Assembly (NCBI GenBank): GCA_020137815.1
Contig: CM035359.1
Coordinates: 682,001-746,000 of the forward strand
Reading direction: 5' to 3'
From: Hormiphora californensis
Lineage: Eukaryota > Animalia > Ctenophora
DNA: 64,000 nucleotides
The position numbers were made by a program, and so were the translations under genes. The notes beneath the pieces are model-generated. The model searched no databases. It had not been told where the DNA came from and worked only from the letters and a program-made list of their open reading frames with translations. Below, one piece after another: positions 1-14,786 of this stretch. Each line of letters begins with the position of its first letter. The first letter of the stretch is position 1.

Positions 1-536
1 GCGATGTTTCATCCCGACATGTCACCGCGCGTTACGTCAAGTCATTACAACTGTGTGCAGACTGCATCTCTTGGTTTCGCTGGTAGCAATGCCATGAAAT
101 TAGATTTGAACTGCAGCTGCATCTCAGAGATGCCACGACTGTAATGTTTCAAGCCCTATAATCTGAACCATAATTAGAGGTCATGTCACACACACATACC
201 ACACACATAGAATGAAGGGGCCTGAAGGGGGGTCTCTATTGATAATCCTTACACACCCTAAACACTCACACACGTAACGACGTGTGAGGAATATATTATT
301 CATATATTCAATGATATAATATGGGCCAGAATGACCACACATCAATCTGCCTATAGGTACAATAAATAGGGCCCAGCTTTGTAATGTTCAGTGTGAACAA
401 GACAGTTTTTACTCAACACCAGTTTTTACTCAACACCAGACAGTTTGGGTGTCCTAACGCAATATTATTCGGGTTCCTTCGAGGTTGGACAGGACAAACA
501 GTTATGGGATTGGGGGTAGTACACCAAGTTTCTTAC

Positions 537-2341
537 CTACTACTACGTTCACTGAGTCATGTGACACTCTGTAACCATCCTTTAGATAGTTCCTAGCTGA
601 ACAGTTAAACACCCTCTCACTGGCGTACTGGACACTTGTTATGGTCAGGGTGGAGATCACTGCTGTGGTATTGTCACCAATCACTGGAGGGGGGGGGGGT
701 AGTTAGTTATGTAGCTCTAATACAGTTAGTTACCTATATGGGGAAATATCCACGCAATTAGGAGGGGCGGAACAAATCAGAAGTAGGTCAACAAGATACA
801 CAACAGTCTAAGTAAGTCTTTTTACTCACCCACGTTTTCCATCCGAATATCAATATTCTTGTTGTTCACCAGATACCCGTTACTAGCCCACTCAATAACA
901 TCTGAAAAACACAGGGAGTTTATTACAAAACAAGGAAACCTGTTACTTGATTTAGTCGGCGAAGTGTTGTGAAGTTGTTGTTACTGCCCTTTCAGCTAGA
1001 TTTACCTTTCAATGTGTTGACAAGAGAACAATGACTAAACTAGAGCCACATGTGTGTGATTCAATAAGTCACACACAATTTAACATGTTAGACACATGTG
1101 AGTGGTGATAGTGTAGAACCAACAGCTACAGTTGTATTGGGACAATGTGATTGTTTCTTTGGATACATTAGGGCTCCACTACAATATCTTGAGTCCAGTG
1201 GTAGAATGATGACATTCAAGAATATTATTGTATGTGAGTGTTTGAGATAGTGGGGGAGTGTTTGAGATAGTATTCTAGACATAGTGTTACATTAAAGGAC
1301 GTAGTGCGAGAAAGTGTGTCAACACACACAGGTGTGAAATATGTGGGGGGGGGGGGGGCGGAGGACATGGCAGTATTACACACGCACACATCTGTCTGTC
1401 AGTCTGTAGTGTTGGTCTGTCCGTTTGTCTGTCTATAGTGTTAGTCCACTAAAAGTAATACCTGGTAGCGGTTCCCCAACACCCCATACCCCACCCAATA
1501 CATTCCCAAAGTGTAACAAATACCTGGTAGTGGCTCCCCTGCTGCGGAGCACTGTAGAACAAGAGGTTTCCCATAAACACCAGTCAACAGTCTGGCCTTG
1601 GCTTGTACCTCCACCGGTGAAACTGAGAGAGAGAATGGGATACAAAGATGGGCAAAACAATATTTTATAAGCAGCCACCCAATTTATCAGCACCCCCCCC
1701 CCCCAATTTAAATCAGGGTCAGACTGTAGAACATACCATATTTGGTCACATAACATACCATATTTGGTCACAATGACCCTGGTATCAGTATACACGTTAT
1801 CTTCGTATCTGTTACTGGAAGTACAAGAGTAGTTTCCCCCGTTCTGGGGACCCACGTCATACAACGTTAATACAGACATGATGTCCTCTCCATACGATAC
1901 CGTCTCTATATCTTCTGTTATTGTCTGTAATGGGAGGGAAATTGGTATCGAAGACACCTCCTACTCTGTTTAGCTCAGGTCGGCGGGCGACCTTCGCGCG
2001 CGCGCGCGCGCTGGCAAGGGGTAACTTCGTAACCAAGGAGGGAAATTGGATCATAAACAGTAAACAGAGGTCCTAAACTTGTTCTAATTATTAGTTTAAT
2101 TGTTATTAGTGCAGTGAGGAGTAAACCTAAATTCACAATGTGGAGAGAGTGATTGAACTAAATTCAGCGCTCTTCTCTCCAGCCCCATTGCTAGTTTTAA
2201 TGCATGCTTGTACGTGTGTGTGTGTAGTACACAACGTTGTAGTAGGGAATTACCGAAATTACCATTAATTATCTCTTGCTATCTCTCTCTCTCTCTTTTT
2301 TTTCTTCTCTCTCTCTGTCTCTCTCTCTGTCTCTCTCTCTG

Positions 2342-2422
<81 letters not shown>

Positions 2423-5400
2423 ACGTGCTCATTCCAGTTCTACAGTTAATATATTTCTATTTCTAGGCCTCATACTAATAATGCAATCATAATATGATGA
2501 AGACAGTTAGATACAATGAACAGAATATATAGATGATGAAAAGAAAAGGAGCATATTTTATTTATTGTTTATTGTATATTATAATTAGTACTGGAATAGC
2601 GTAACAAATGTGTCCTGAATTATTGACACTCTAAATTACCATATAATTTCATGGCTACATTTCGACCGTCATATTACAGTGTTATATAAGTGCTGCATAT
2701 TGGTATAAAAGTTAATAAGTCGAAGCAATGGTCGACAATTTCTTATTTTAGAAGGAATTCTGCTGAAAAGTAATAACATTACTTTTACATAGTACGTTGT
2801 TAATTGTAAGGTACATATATTGGAGTTTCAATGGGGATTTGGATCGATAGGTCTACTAAGGTGAGTTACTCCCAAGCTATCGCTATGATAGTGTGTATGA
2901 TACAATCATCTGAAATTCTGATATCATCATGGGTCCTACACGAAAATCAAACACCATTATATATGGGCATATATCACGTGACGTGACACACAGCACCATA
3001 TATGGGCATGACGCATTACAGACACCATATATGGGCATCTCACCTCATTGTTTAGCATCCAAGTTATCTCTGAGGCGGGAGGATAACCAGTTGCATTACA
3101 TGTTATCCTCTCTGTTAACCCTGACTCTAGCTCCGCTCTGTAGGGAGCCCCAATCTCAATGGGTGATACTGAGAGAGAGAGGGGGGTGTTAGAAACTGGG
3201 AGGGGTATCATGTGGATATTAATCAGAGTTTCATGGTGCAGCAGATAAATTTGGGATATGAGGAGGATTATATGTGGTAGAGGATATGTGGAGGATAGTG
3301 TGTGTGTTCTGGCAATATTTCGTGTCCCACACACCCCATTGCAGCAGCTGTACAGCTCAAAATGTGTATTTTTCTTCTCAAGGAGTCACTCTCCCAATCT
3401 AGAACTCTCTAGCTTACTCTCCTGCTTGTGTGTGTGACAGTTATGCACTACAGGAGCTGTATAACAGCTGCATATAATACAGGGTGTCCCACTGCAGCTG
3501 CATATAGTAGTTCTATATAGCTGTGTGAATGGTGTCAACACGCATTTTAATTCCCTTTTGTACAGGACATGTAATGACTGTATAACAGGTTGACAATGAC
3601 TTGATAGATCCTCCAGGAAGGATTTGGGGAGGGGTTGACATACCGATGACAACCCTGTCTACACGCCTAACATATTCATTATTCAATTCATTTTTATCAT
3701 ATCTATTTCACGCCCAAAACTACAGAACTACTCCACAGGGTCCAGGGGGTTGGTCTACACTCAACTATTTTCTATTTTTGCTAAGTCCTCATCTCCCTTC
3801 TTCTCCTTCATTAAGTGTGCCTTACATGCTGCAATATATAAAGCACACTACATGTGTATAATTATAACGAACACGCCATGAACATATGTGTATGTATGTG
3901 TGGTGGGAGGAGGGGGTACTTAAGCAGTTCTTATTGTACATGTGAAGGTACTGAAGAGTATAATGGTGGAGTGTAAAAAACTGTTTTTTAGGAGCGTGAA
4001 ATGTGAGGAAACTATAGTGTAAAACTGTGGACTAGGAGGGGAATGTGAAATATGTAAAATGTGCTGATGTATCGTCACCAGCTGGTGGGGGGGTTTCTTG
4101 AGGATCATTAGCATAAATCTCTCGTCATTCAAATTAGCAGAAATGGAAAACGTTAGCTGCAAATTTACTAATTCTTCAAAGGTTTCAGTGCTGTTTTAAC
4201 TAAACAATAATTAGGAGTATGCAATTAGTGTGGAATTAGTGAAGTATAGCAGGAAATCAAATTAGCGCTTATTAACTTATCTGTATCTCATGCTACTTAC
4301 GACCTAGTAAACACATTTGTTAGTTAATTAATTAATTAATTAATTAATAAGTTAATTAATTAGCTACTAATTAGTACTTACTGACAGGCACACTGATAGA
4401 TATAGAACCAGATCTGGTAAAATCAATAAAGTTCGTACTGTTGCAGGTGTAGTTGCCCTGCGGAATTTGGTTGGTTTTGGTCAAAAATTTCAGTTTTTCA
4501 TTAAAGTTTTTAAAACTTAGTTTTAGTACAATCACTCTACTAATTAGAGAGATTGGTATAATATTTAGTATAATCACTTTACTAATTAGAGACTGGTATT
4601 ACTCACCTTATTAGCAAGACTGACACTGTAAATCCTAATGGTAGAGTTATATCCATTCTCTAGCTTCTGATTGGTAATCTCAAATCCTCCACTGCCAATC
4701 ACCAGCTCCTCACCCTAGAAGTAGAGGAGGGCAATTAATTAAGTGATTAGTTAACTAATTAAGGGGGTTATTAGGGGTTTTTAGGGGTTATTAGGGGTTG
4801 TTAAGGGGTTATTAGGGGTTAATAAGTGGTTCAGTTTTTGTAACGATCATGTTTAGTAAATACATAATTTAAACTTTCTCTGTTTAGCATTATGATTGAT
4901 TTTGCTTCAAGGATAGGGGGTGGGAGAAAAAAAACAAGCAGGTATGCTCGAAAAAAAAAAGATAACAAGGAATTTAAAATAAAATCAAAGCCTTCTTTTA
5001 CGCTGGTGTTAAAACTCTACTATCAATGGAAACAGGAGAAGTTTGACACGCACATAATTTTAAATTCTTGAGCAACTTTAGAAACCTAATTCCTGTTTGT
5101 ACTGCTAGGATCAGTGGGGGGTCAGCGACATACAGTCTAGACTCAATGACTCTCTACATTCTAGTAATCTCTTTCGGACAAAACCAGGACATTCTCGAGG
5201 CAGCTGGTTACCTCTCTCTCTCTCTCTCTCCCACATCTCTCTCCAACTCTACCTACCTCATAAGACCAGGTTGGTTCTGCTGGAAAGGGTTTCCCGTAGA
5301 CACTACACACTAGCACCAACTCCTTGCCCCGAAACGAGAGGACTGTCGTGTCGTTAGGAGAAGTGACACTGACTGCAGCTACCACATTCAGATCTGGGAG

Positions 5401-7007
5401 TGGGGCCAGTTGTGGGTCAGGGGGTGGTAACTTGGTATCTTGGAGGGGCTCATTGCATGGGGGGAGGGGTTTATCGGAAGATGGAACAAAGATATATTCT
5501 CAAGACAATAGTTCTCATGTAAATGAGAGAGTTTCACTAACTGATTGAAGCAGTAACGGAGTCATCTAGTGCCCGTTTCGTTCCAATTTCAGGTAACCAG
5601 GTCCGTGCACCGCACACATAGATACCTGAAGGGAAATATGTGTCACGTGATGCCCATATATGGTGTTGTGTGATACGTGAGATAGTCAGGTCCGTGCACC
5701 ACACATCACAACTTGTCGCCGGGGTACCTCAATAGGTAGAGCAATGGACGCGAAACCCAGAGGTTGTCGGTTCGAGCCCGGCCCTCGCCAGATATTTTTC
5801 TAATTTCCCCCCTATCTAATCCTGAACAGATCTCATCATTGATAATATTGCCAGACTGCACACAAAATATAATCCCCCTAAAATAGCACACTCACCCGTA
5901 TCATATATGGATGTTTCTGTTATCTCGAGGGTGGTAACGTAAGGATAACCGTTAGCATCATGTGTTATCTTTACCCTATCTGAACTCTCCAACTTCCTGA
6001 AAATTAATTTAATTAAATAATATGGTGGTCTTGTATCATGTGATGCGCATATATGGTGTTGTTATGTCACGTGATGCCCATATATGGATGTAACTTACTT
6101 GTTGTCTCGTGTCCAGATCATGGCGGGAACAGGTCCACCGGTGAACTCGCACGTAAGCTTCTTAGGTTTTCCCTCGTGTTCCCGGAGAGCGGGGGAGATG
6201 GGTTCCACAGATAGTTGTTCTGGGGAGAGGGAGAACAGGGGGTTAGAGTGGGGGAAATGTTCTGGTGGGAGAGAAGGGGGTTAGAGTGGGAGAAATGGGT
6301 TCCACAGATAGTTGTTCTGAGAGAGAGAGAAGGGGATGGGTTAGAGTGTGAGCTGTTCTGGGAGAGAGAGAGAAGGGGGTTAGAGTGTGAGCTGTTCTGG
6401 GAGAGAGAGAGAAGGGGGTTAGAGTAGGAGCTGTTCTGACTTCTGGTAGAGAGAGAAGGGGGTTGGAACAGTGCAGCTCCTAGAATCATGAGAATAAGCT
6501 CCTGTAGAAGTTAAAACAAAGATAGAGAGTTACAAACACAGCCCCCCTCGATCCCCCCACAAACACAACATCCCCCTATTATAACTCGATCCCCGTCCCT
6601 CTATTTCACATGGACATGCAATATTCAAATGTCGCTATAACAGAGAGTGAGAGAGAGAGTGATCGAACGTTATACACTACACATACACCCACCCAACCTC
6701 AAATTATATTATTAAAGTGCATTTACGTTTGGGCATTTACAGTCATGAAACATCGAACAACACAGGGGAGTCTTTTGAAACCAGAATCTCACATTCCTAA
6801 CAAACAGACAAACAAAAAACAAAAAACAAACAAACAAATAGAAAATAGAAACAAACACACAAACAAACAGAGAAACAGACATACAAACTCATACTTTGAA
6901 TTAATCTCACAGTGTCTTACTATCACGGCCTTTCTCCAAACTTCCCTGCACGCAATTCATCATCATCAGGAGAGAGGGGATATATTGTGTGTAAACAAAC
7001 CGATGAT

Positions 7008-7097
<90 letters not shown>

Positions 7098-7135
7098 GAG
7101 AGAGATATATATATATAGAGAGAGACAGAGAGAGG

Positions 7136-7193
<58 letters not shown>

Positions 7194-9182
7194 TATATAT
7201 ATATAGAGAGATATAGAGACAGACAGACAGACAGACAGGAAATAAATTATAAGATGTCGAGATGAAATGACGTGGCTTGTACAACAATTGTCAATTGGCA
7301 ATGTTGTGATGAATTGAAATTGTGGCTCAAGATTGTAGTCTTGGTAGCTCGCTATCCCTTGCCAGCGCAAAGGAAAGGACCACGGGTAACCAACTTGTAG
7401 CCACTATCTGCATGGTATAGCTGGTAGTTTTGTAGCACCTGTCTGTATGGTGCTCATGTGGTGGGATCTATAGCTGGTAGTTCCGATGTGTGCAACAGGG
7501 GGGGGGGTCATTAACCCTGTTCTCACGCTGCAGAACAGAGGGAGGGTGTGGAGATAATGTTTGTATTTCCTTCTACAACTGATATGGTAAAAAGGAGAGA
7601 GAGGGAAAGATAGATAGGAAGGGTGAGAGAGGGGTGTAGAGGGAAAGATAGATACTAGATGGAGGGTGAGAGAGAGCTGTCATGTCTACGTCACAAGTCG
7701 AGAGGACGCTCTAAAACATGCAAAAAGTTGTTGCTGAATTTAGGGCACAAAATATTCACAAGTTTCAGGAATCTGGCGATTACAAGAGAGTGGGCGTGTG
7801 ACTAACTGAGAGATATCGTTTATTTTCAAGAATCAGAACTAAATGAGGTGTAAAGGGAGTGTTTGGTTTTCAGATCAAATTTGTTTTCCTGTTCCTAAAC
7901 TCTAATCCAAACTCGCAAATCTCTATCGAATGTCTATACTCCCCGTTCTATCCGCTTATACTATCCCCATTTTAAACCACGTTTTACCGAACAATGTGTG
8001 TGCTATTTTGAAACTAATTAATCACTCAGTACGGACACAGCAAAAAACAGGTGGGTGTGTATGTCGAACAAAAAGACGTGTTCGCCAAACACTGGTTTGT
8101 AGATGCAGTTAGGTACAAACCGTCTCTCTCATTCTGCACTGGGTATCAATTGCAGACAGTTAGGTTTGTAACAAAATGTATCTCTCAGTCTGTCAGCAAC
8201 GATAAAATCGTGTTTATAGAATGCTTTCGCCTATACACCGCTGAGTGTGAGTGTACTTGACATGCATTCTGACAGAGAAAGAGAGTGTCCGAGAGAATGT
8301 CTGAGAAACACAAGATAGTAACACCTGAAGTGGTAAAACATGCTCTAAACAAGAATGAAGAACCAAGACTAATGATCACCACCAACTCATCAATTGGACC
8401 ACCGAGCCCCACTAAACCCCGCCAAAACCCCACCAAAACCCCACTTTAACACTCCAAACCCCCACCGATATATAACTTACTGACTACGACGAGAACTTGT
8501 GTCCGGTAAATTGGATATCTCGTCGTTAAAAGCTTTGCACTGGTAGACACCTCCATCCTCCGGCCTTACTGCCTGGGCAACCAAATCAAAACCTGCAAAG
8601 AGGGAGGGAGGGTGAGGGCCTGGGCAACCGGATCAAAACCTGTAAAGAGGGGGAGAGAGAGGCCAGAGGGAGAGGGTAGTGCAATAATTGGACCTAGAAA
8701 ATGGGGAGAGGGTCACTTTGGTGCACATACAAGGTGGCCCATAAATTATGAGGCCGGGGGACGAGCTGTACCTCCGAAACGGTGATAGTTGTGCAAAAAC
8801 AAACTACGGGAACATGCTGGAACAATTCCTTGGTAACTTTTTGCAAATTTTGAGTTTTTTATTCAAAAGTTCATTTTTCATTCATGAACTATTTATGTGC
8901 GCATATATAGGTATATATGTTTGTTTGTTCGTTTAGATGTAACTCTGAAATTATTACAATTCACAATCACTCTATCCCGTTTTCATTTGCTCTCCACAGG
9001 ATGCCCCCCCCTCTCTCTACAAGTCTCTCTCTTTACATAGCTGTAGTATTCCCCCTAAATAATGTTTCTTTATTGTTGTCTCCCCCTGCTAATCTTCCAA
9101 CGAATCGAAGGAGGGAGTCTGTTGTTGGGTGAGCGTGATGTTAGCAAAAACATCGTGTGAGAATTGGGAGAGAGTGAGGAAA

Positions 9183-9250
<68 letters not shown>

Positions 9251-12200
9251 TGTGTGTGTAAAGAATCTTAGCGATTATGGGCACGTGGAAAACTCTGGGA
9301 GCTCCCTTCTAAATCTGTGGATCGCGCCACGAAACATTTCTCAGCATGATCTGAGAAACAACATTATAATAAGATTTATCAAAAGTAGTTTTTAGATCAC
9401 AATAAGTTATGTGGCCGCAAAACGTTTGTCTCTATAGGAAATTATAGTACTCTAGTAATTTCTATTGATGACTTCATACAGTTCATGTTAAGTTAATTCC
9501 CTCATCTCTGTCAAATGTTTATATGTGGAAATGTGTTTACCAATTAAAATACCAAGTACTAATTGCCCTTAATTTGACAAGTATTCACATTAAACACGGC
9601 CGGGTAAACTTCAAACAGAGTTGTGTAACAACTAGCACAACTGTTACCATGGTAACCATGATAACTTACCAGAATTCAGGTTCTTTATCTTGAATGGTAA
9701 CCATGGTAACTTACCAGAATTCAGGTTCTTTATATCATGGTAACCATGGTAACTTACCAGAATTCAGGTTCTTTATATCATGGTAACCATGGTAACTTAC
9801 CAGAATTCAGGTTCTTTATCTCATGGTGATCCTTCTTGATCCACACCTGCCCATTTCTGTACCATTGTTTTGAAGTTGAAATGGTGGTATCACACGATAA
9901 CGTCCTGATAAAGGGGGACCAATTACAAGTTAGCTAAGTAGTAACAACTCGAGTTATCATTCATTACAACTTAGGACAGATATGAAACGTAGAACTATAA
10001 ATCATTAGTTCAACCACACAACATACTAACATGTACTAACACATGTACTAACACATGTACTAACACATGTACTAACACATGTCACAACATATACCTTGGT
10101 GGTTTATCAGTCTCCCAGTAATACACTATGGGATCCGAACTGTCACCTTCAATAAACTCTACAGAGTCTGAAACATATATTGGGAAATGTTAGGGGGGGG
10201 GGGGGTGGTCAAATGATGTTGGGAGTTCAAGTTGGGGGAGTTTAAATAGTATTAGGGGAAGAATTCTACTGCTGGGAGTCCTTATAATGTGAGGAATATC
10301 GAGAGAATAACTAGGATAATGAAGGATATCTAATGGAGCCTGTCATGTTATCAAAATGTTATGTTACCAAAATGGTATGTGAGAGGTCATTCTGCAAATT
10401 AAGGGAGAGAGAGACAGAGTAGGTACATAAAAGACTTTCAAAATTCCACACCCAGTCACCATGACAACCCACGATAGAGAACCCGCGGTAGGATCACAGA
10501 TTTTTGTGGCATCCACTGCTGCCCGAGTTTTATTGTACCTGGTATCTTATTGTACCTCTTCTCTTATTGTGGTATCTTTTGTACTCTGGTATCAATACTT
10601 CCGGTCAATTTTAGTGCCAGTACTGACTGTATATCTTAACCTTGGTATCTACCTGTGCCTCTCTCTTTCCCTCTCTATCTCTCCTTCTCTATCTCTATCC
10701 CTGTCCTTAATTTATTGGGCTGGCTAAACTTCTCCACTAATTCTGGGCTGCTATTTTCCGGAAAAGGACCTGCACTACTGCTGAAGAACTATATATACTA
10801 AGAGAGATATAAAAGGAGATATTGAGAGTGATTGAGAGATTTAGAAAGAAAGAGAGAGAGATATTGAGAGATTTAGAGAGAAAGAGACAGAGAGAGAGAA
10901 GAGAGATAAAGATAGATAGGATATTGAATCTTCCTAGAAGCCCACGTTCTCAGATCATGGTTATATCAGGGAAAATACCGTTATTATTTCCTAAATCGCG
11001 GTAGAAAAAATGTATCTTTCTGGTAAGTCAGGGGGCCGGTAAATCAGGGGTCGGTATAATATCGGGGGGGGGGGGGGGGTCGGTAAAATCCATCACTTAC
11101 CCACTGAGTTGTAGGGTGGATCAACAACAGTTAGTTTGGTAGTGAGGTAGTGTGAGCCCTACCTTACAAGTCGCTATATACTGCCCTGGGGTGGTAGTCA
11201 GGTCCCCACTAATTCTTATTAATCTGTGGACACAAATCATGTGATTTTAGGATATCAATAATAACAACAAGGGAAAGTTCAGATGTGTTTGCAATTCCTT
11301 GATTTCTACGGAGCATGTTTTAAAAAACAAGTCAGGGAGTGAGAGATATAGTTTAGAAGGGGACGAGCTGGGGCGAGATTAGAAGGGGCGAGATATAGTT
11401 TAGAAGGGGGCGAGCTGGGGCGAGATTAGAAGGGGCGAGATATAGTTTAGAAGGGGCGAGCCGGGCGAGATATAGTTTAGAAGGGGCGAGATATAGTTTA
11501 GAAGGGGCGAGATATAGTTTAGAAGGGGCGAGATATAGTTTAGAAGGGGCGAGCCGGGCGAGATATAGTTTAGAAGGGGCGAGATATAGTTTAGAAGAGG
11601 GGGGGGGGCGAGCTGTAATTCCAACCTTGATTTCATGGAGACTAGATCTGGAATCTGGTAGGGGGATGCGACCACAAACTCGACCTCTGGAGAGGGGTTA
11701 CCAATACCTGAATAATGTAGGATGTTACATTTTATGAGAGAGTGAAAGGGGTATTACATTTTGATGTTTGTAATAGTAGATTAGAATATGTTATTGTTAA
11801 GAAAACAGCAAGATGACCAAAGATGGTCAAAGTGGTGAGCTGAGGTCCTGAACACAACCATGATCCAACTACTCCAATTAGAAAGGAACACACGTACCCA
11901 ATGTTCAAGGACCACGTACCTGCACAAAAGTGGTAAGCCTCCTCTCCCACATTGACCGTTACCTCTGATGTCACAATCTCCGTGGATTTGAACGTGCCAA
12001 CATCACCACCTGTAATAAAGGGGGTATTTTAGAATCTTGTTTTCGTTGAATCTAAATCTCTATTTTGTGTCCTGTTTAGTTTGTTTCTTAGGTTGTAGCA
12101 GTGTTTGTATGGTTGTTTGTTTGTAGTAGTGCTCATTTGTTTGTCTGTCTGTCTGTATCATGGTATAATACCTCTGTGAAGTGTAGAATTGTGAGTGATA

Positions 12201-14559
12201 TGAATTATGGGGCAGGACTAAAGACGTCATATGTGTCATGAACAAGCAGAGAGAGAGTAAGAAAGAGAGAAAGAGTGGGAGAGAGAGAGAGAGCAATCAC
12301 AAAACAATGAATTAGTTAGGCGTCTAATTAAAATTCAGTTTGGAGCTTTGGTTAACTTTCTTATTCATTATTCAGAAATCAGAACCCTATTTTATCACTC
12401 TCATTCATCATCTTCATCTTTTATTCTCTTACATAGTCCTACATCAAAGAAGAGCTTTCTGAGAAAGAAAGAAAGCTCTCTGAGAAAGAGGACTATTTCT
12501 AGCTCTCTGAGAAGGAGAACTATTTCTAGTTTGTCCCCGCCCTATATCTCATGCAATAAATGAGGGCCATCACAACTTAGTGAGAAGTGAGTTTTATAAC
12601 ACCCAGGTTACCATGGTAACCTAAGTAGTGAGTTTTATAAATCTTTCTTATACCTCAAACGTTTCTGGAACCCCTTACTTGCCTTACTAGTGGCAACCAT
12701 GGTAACCCGGCTCTAACTTACTAGTGGTAACCATGGTAACCCGGCTCTATAACTTACTAGTGGTAACCATGGTAACCCGGCTCTAACTTACTAGTGGTAA
12801 CCATGGTTACCATGGTAACCCGGCTATAACTTACTAGTAGTAACCCAGGTTACCATGGTAACCCAGTTCTAACTTACTAGTGGTAACCATGGTAACCCGG
12901 CTCTATAACTTACTAGTGGTAACGGTCACTGTGTAACTGACTACATCAATCTGACTATCATCAGATGCGAGTTTGTAGTTGAACGCTGAACACGTGTAAA
13001 CTCCAGAGAGAGAGTAGTCAACACCGTACAGCACTAGATCACCTGTAGAGATTAATTAGTTAGTTAGTTAATTGATTAGTTGGGGTTTAAAGATGGGCCA
13101 GGTCATCTTAGCTTGGGGGGGATAGGGGTTAGAGAGGGGAGTAGGTCATCTTAGCTTGGGGGGGATAGGGGTTAGAGAGGGGAGTAGGTCATCTTAGCTT
13201 GGGGGGATAGGGGTTAGAGAGGGGAGTAGGTCACCTATAATAATGATATGGGCAATCTAATGGGGGTTAGAGTGGGGCGTCCGGGCGTAGTAAATTCCCC
13301 AATGTTCGTGAGGATTAGGGTTGTATTATGCATGCAATGGCTTACATAGAAGTGATCAGGAAATTGTTTTTTGTTTATTTTCAATCTCAGTGAACCAGCA
13401 GACACACTCGCCAGATGGTTGATGTCGCATGTTTTTCTAATCAGCTGTGATGTGCGTCAAATGTCATTCTATACTAGAACATATCATTTTAACATTCCTG
13501 GAGTATTTTAAGGCACATGGTGAATGATAACTTTAAAACGTCTCCGAGAGATATCTAAAGAGAAATTTGAGAAGCTGATAAAACCTTGGTAATGAAATTC
13601 CCCCTCTGCGCTAGCTCACTATATGCAATAATAGGGGTGACTTCGTAACCAAGATAAAACCATACACTCGACTTGGTCACAGAAATAACCACAATCCAGG
13701 TTATGTGTAGAAAATATGAGAGAATGGGGCCAGTCTGGGGCGGGGTGGGGGGGAGGGGGCCTAGTCTGGGGGGGGGGGGGGGGGGGTGAGAGAATGGGGC
13801 CAGTCTGGGGGGGGGGGGGGGGCTGGGCCTAGTCTGGGGGGGGGGGGGGTGAGAGAATGGGGCCAGTCTGGGGGGGGGGGGGGGGGCTGGGCCTAGTCTG
13901 GGGGGGGGTGAGAGAATGGGGTCAGTCTGGGGGGGGGGGGGGGCTGGGCCTAGTCTGGGGCAGGGAGGGTCTTATCTAATTCTACACACAAGGGAAACTT
14001 TATACGGGGGGGGGGGGTCGAAGGAAGGCGACAGGAGGGGTTGGACAATGTCTAAAATATATTTATCCTTTGGTGGGTAGTAAACTGGGTAGTGCATTTC
14101 CACGCAGAGCTAGGGAGGTGACAATTGTTTATTTCAAACATAGACTTGTGAAATATGAAGGTACTGGTACATTGTACAAAGTGGTATACTCACCAAATGT
14201 GATTTTCTGTCCTTCGATTTCTCCCTCTCCGTATGATACAAACATGTTTGCAGCATTCTGAAACAGGGCAGGATTTAGAACAGGGGCATGGATTTAAAAA
14301 CCTCAAAGGATTGTTTCTATCCCACAATTTGAACCTCATTTTGTTGGTACCGCGACCCAGTTGTCATGATTATATTGATATTTGCACCGTAACAACACTA
14401 TAATTGGTGCAGGAAGTATAATTGGCATGAACAATATATGTCGACTTCACCTGCTTTTGTGTTGGCACACAAATTGTGTCAAACTATAATGTGTTTCCTA
14501 CAATGTTCCTTTCTATGTATGTTTCTCTCTCTTTCTCTTTCTCTCTCTTTCTCTCTCTT

Positions 14560-14609
<50 letters not shown>

Positions 14610-14747
14610 TCTCTCTCTTTCTCTCTCTCTCTCTCTCCTCTCTCTTCTCTCTCTCTCTCTCTCCCCCGACAACTTCTGGTAGTTAATTCAAGTTATTGCT
14701 TCGAGGCAATAATGTGTAGAGAGGAGAAGAGACGTAAAAATGGAGAA

Positions 14748-14786
<39 letters not shown>

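Noticed and set aside
4760-4820. Telomere-like TTAGGGG repeats (also TAACCC at about 28385-28412)
   Set aside because: They are short, degenerate and internal to an intron or a MITE.
5718-5790. Functional tRNA gene
   Set aside because: Stem mismatches and a non-canonical anticodon loop; better explained as a SINE head or pseudogene.
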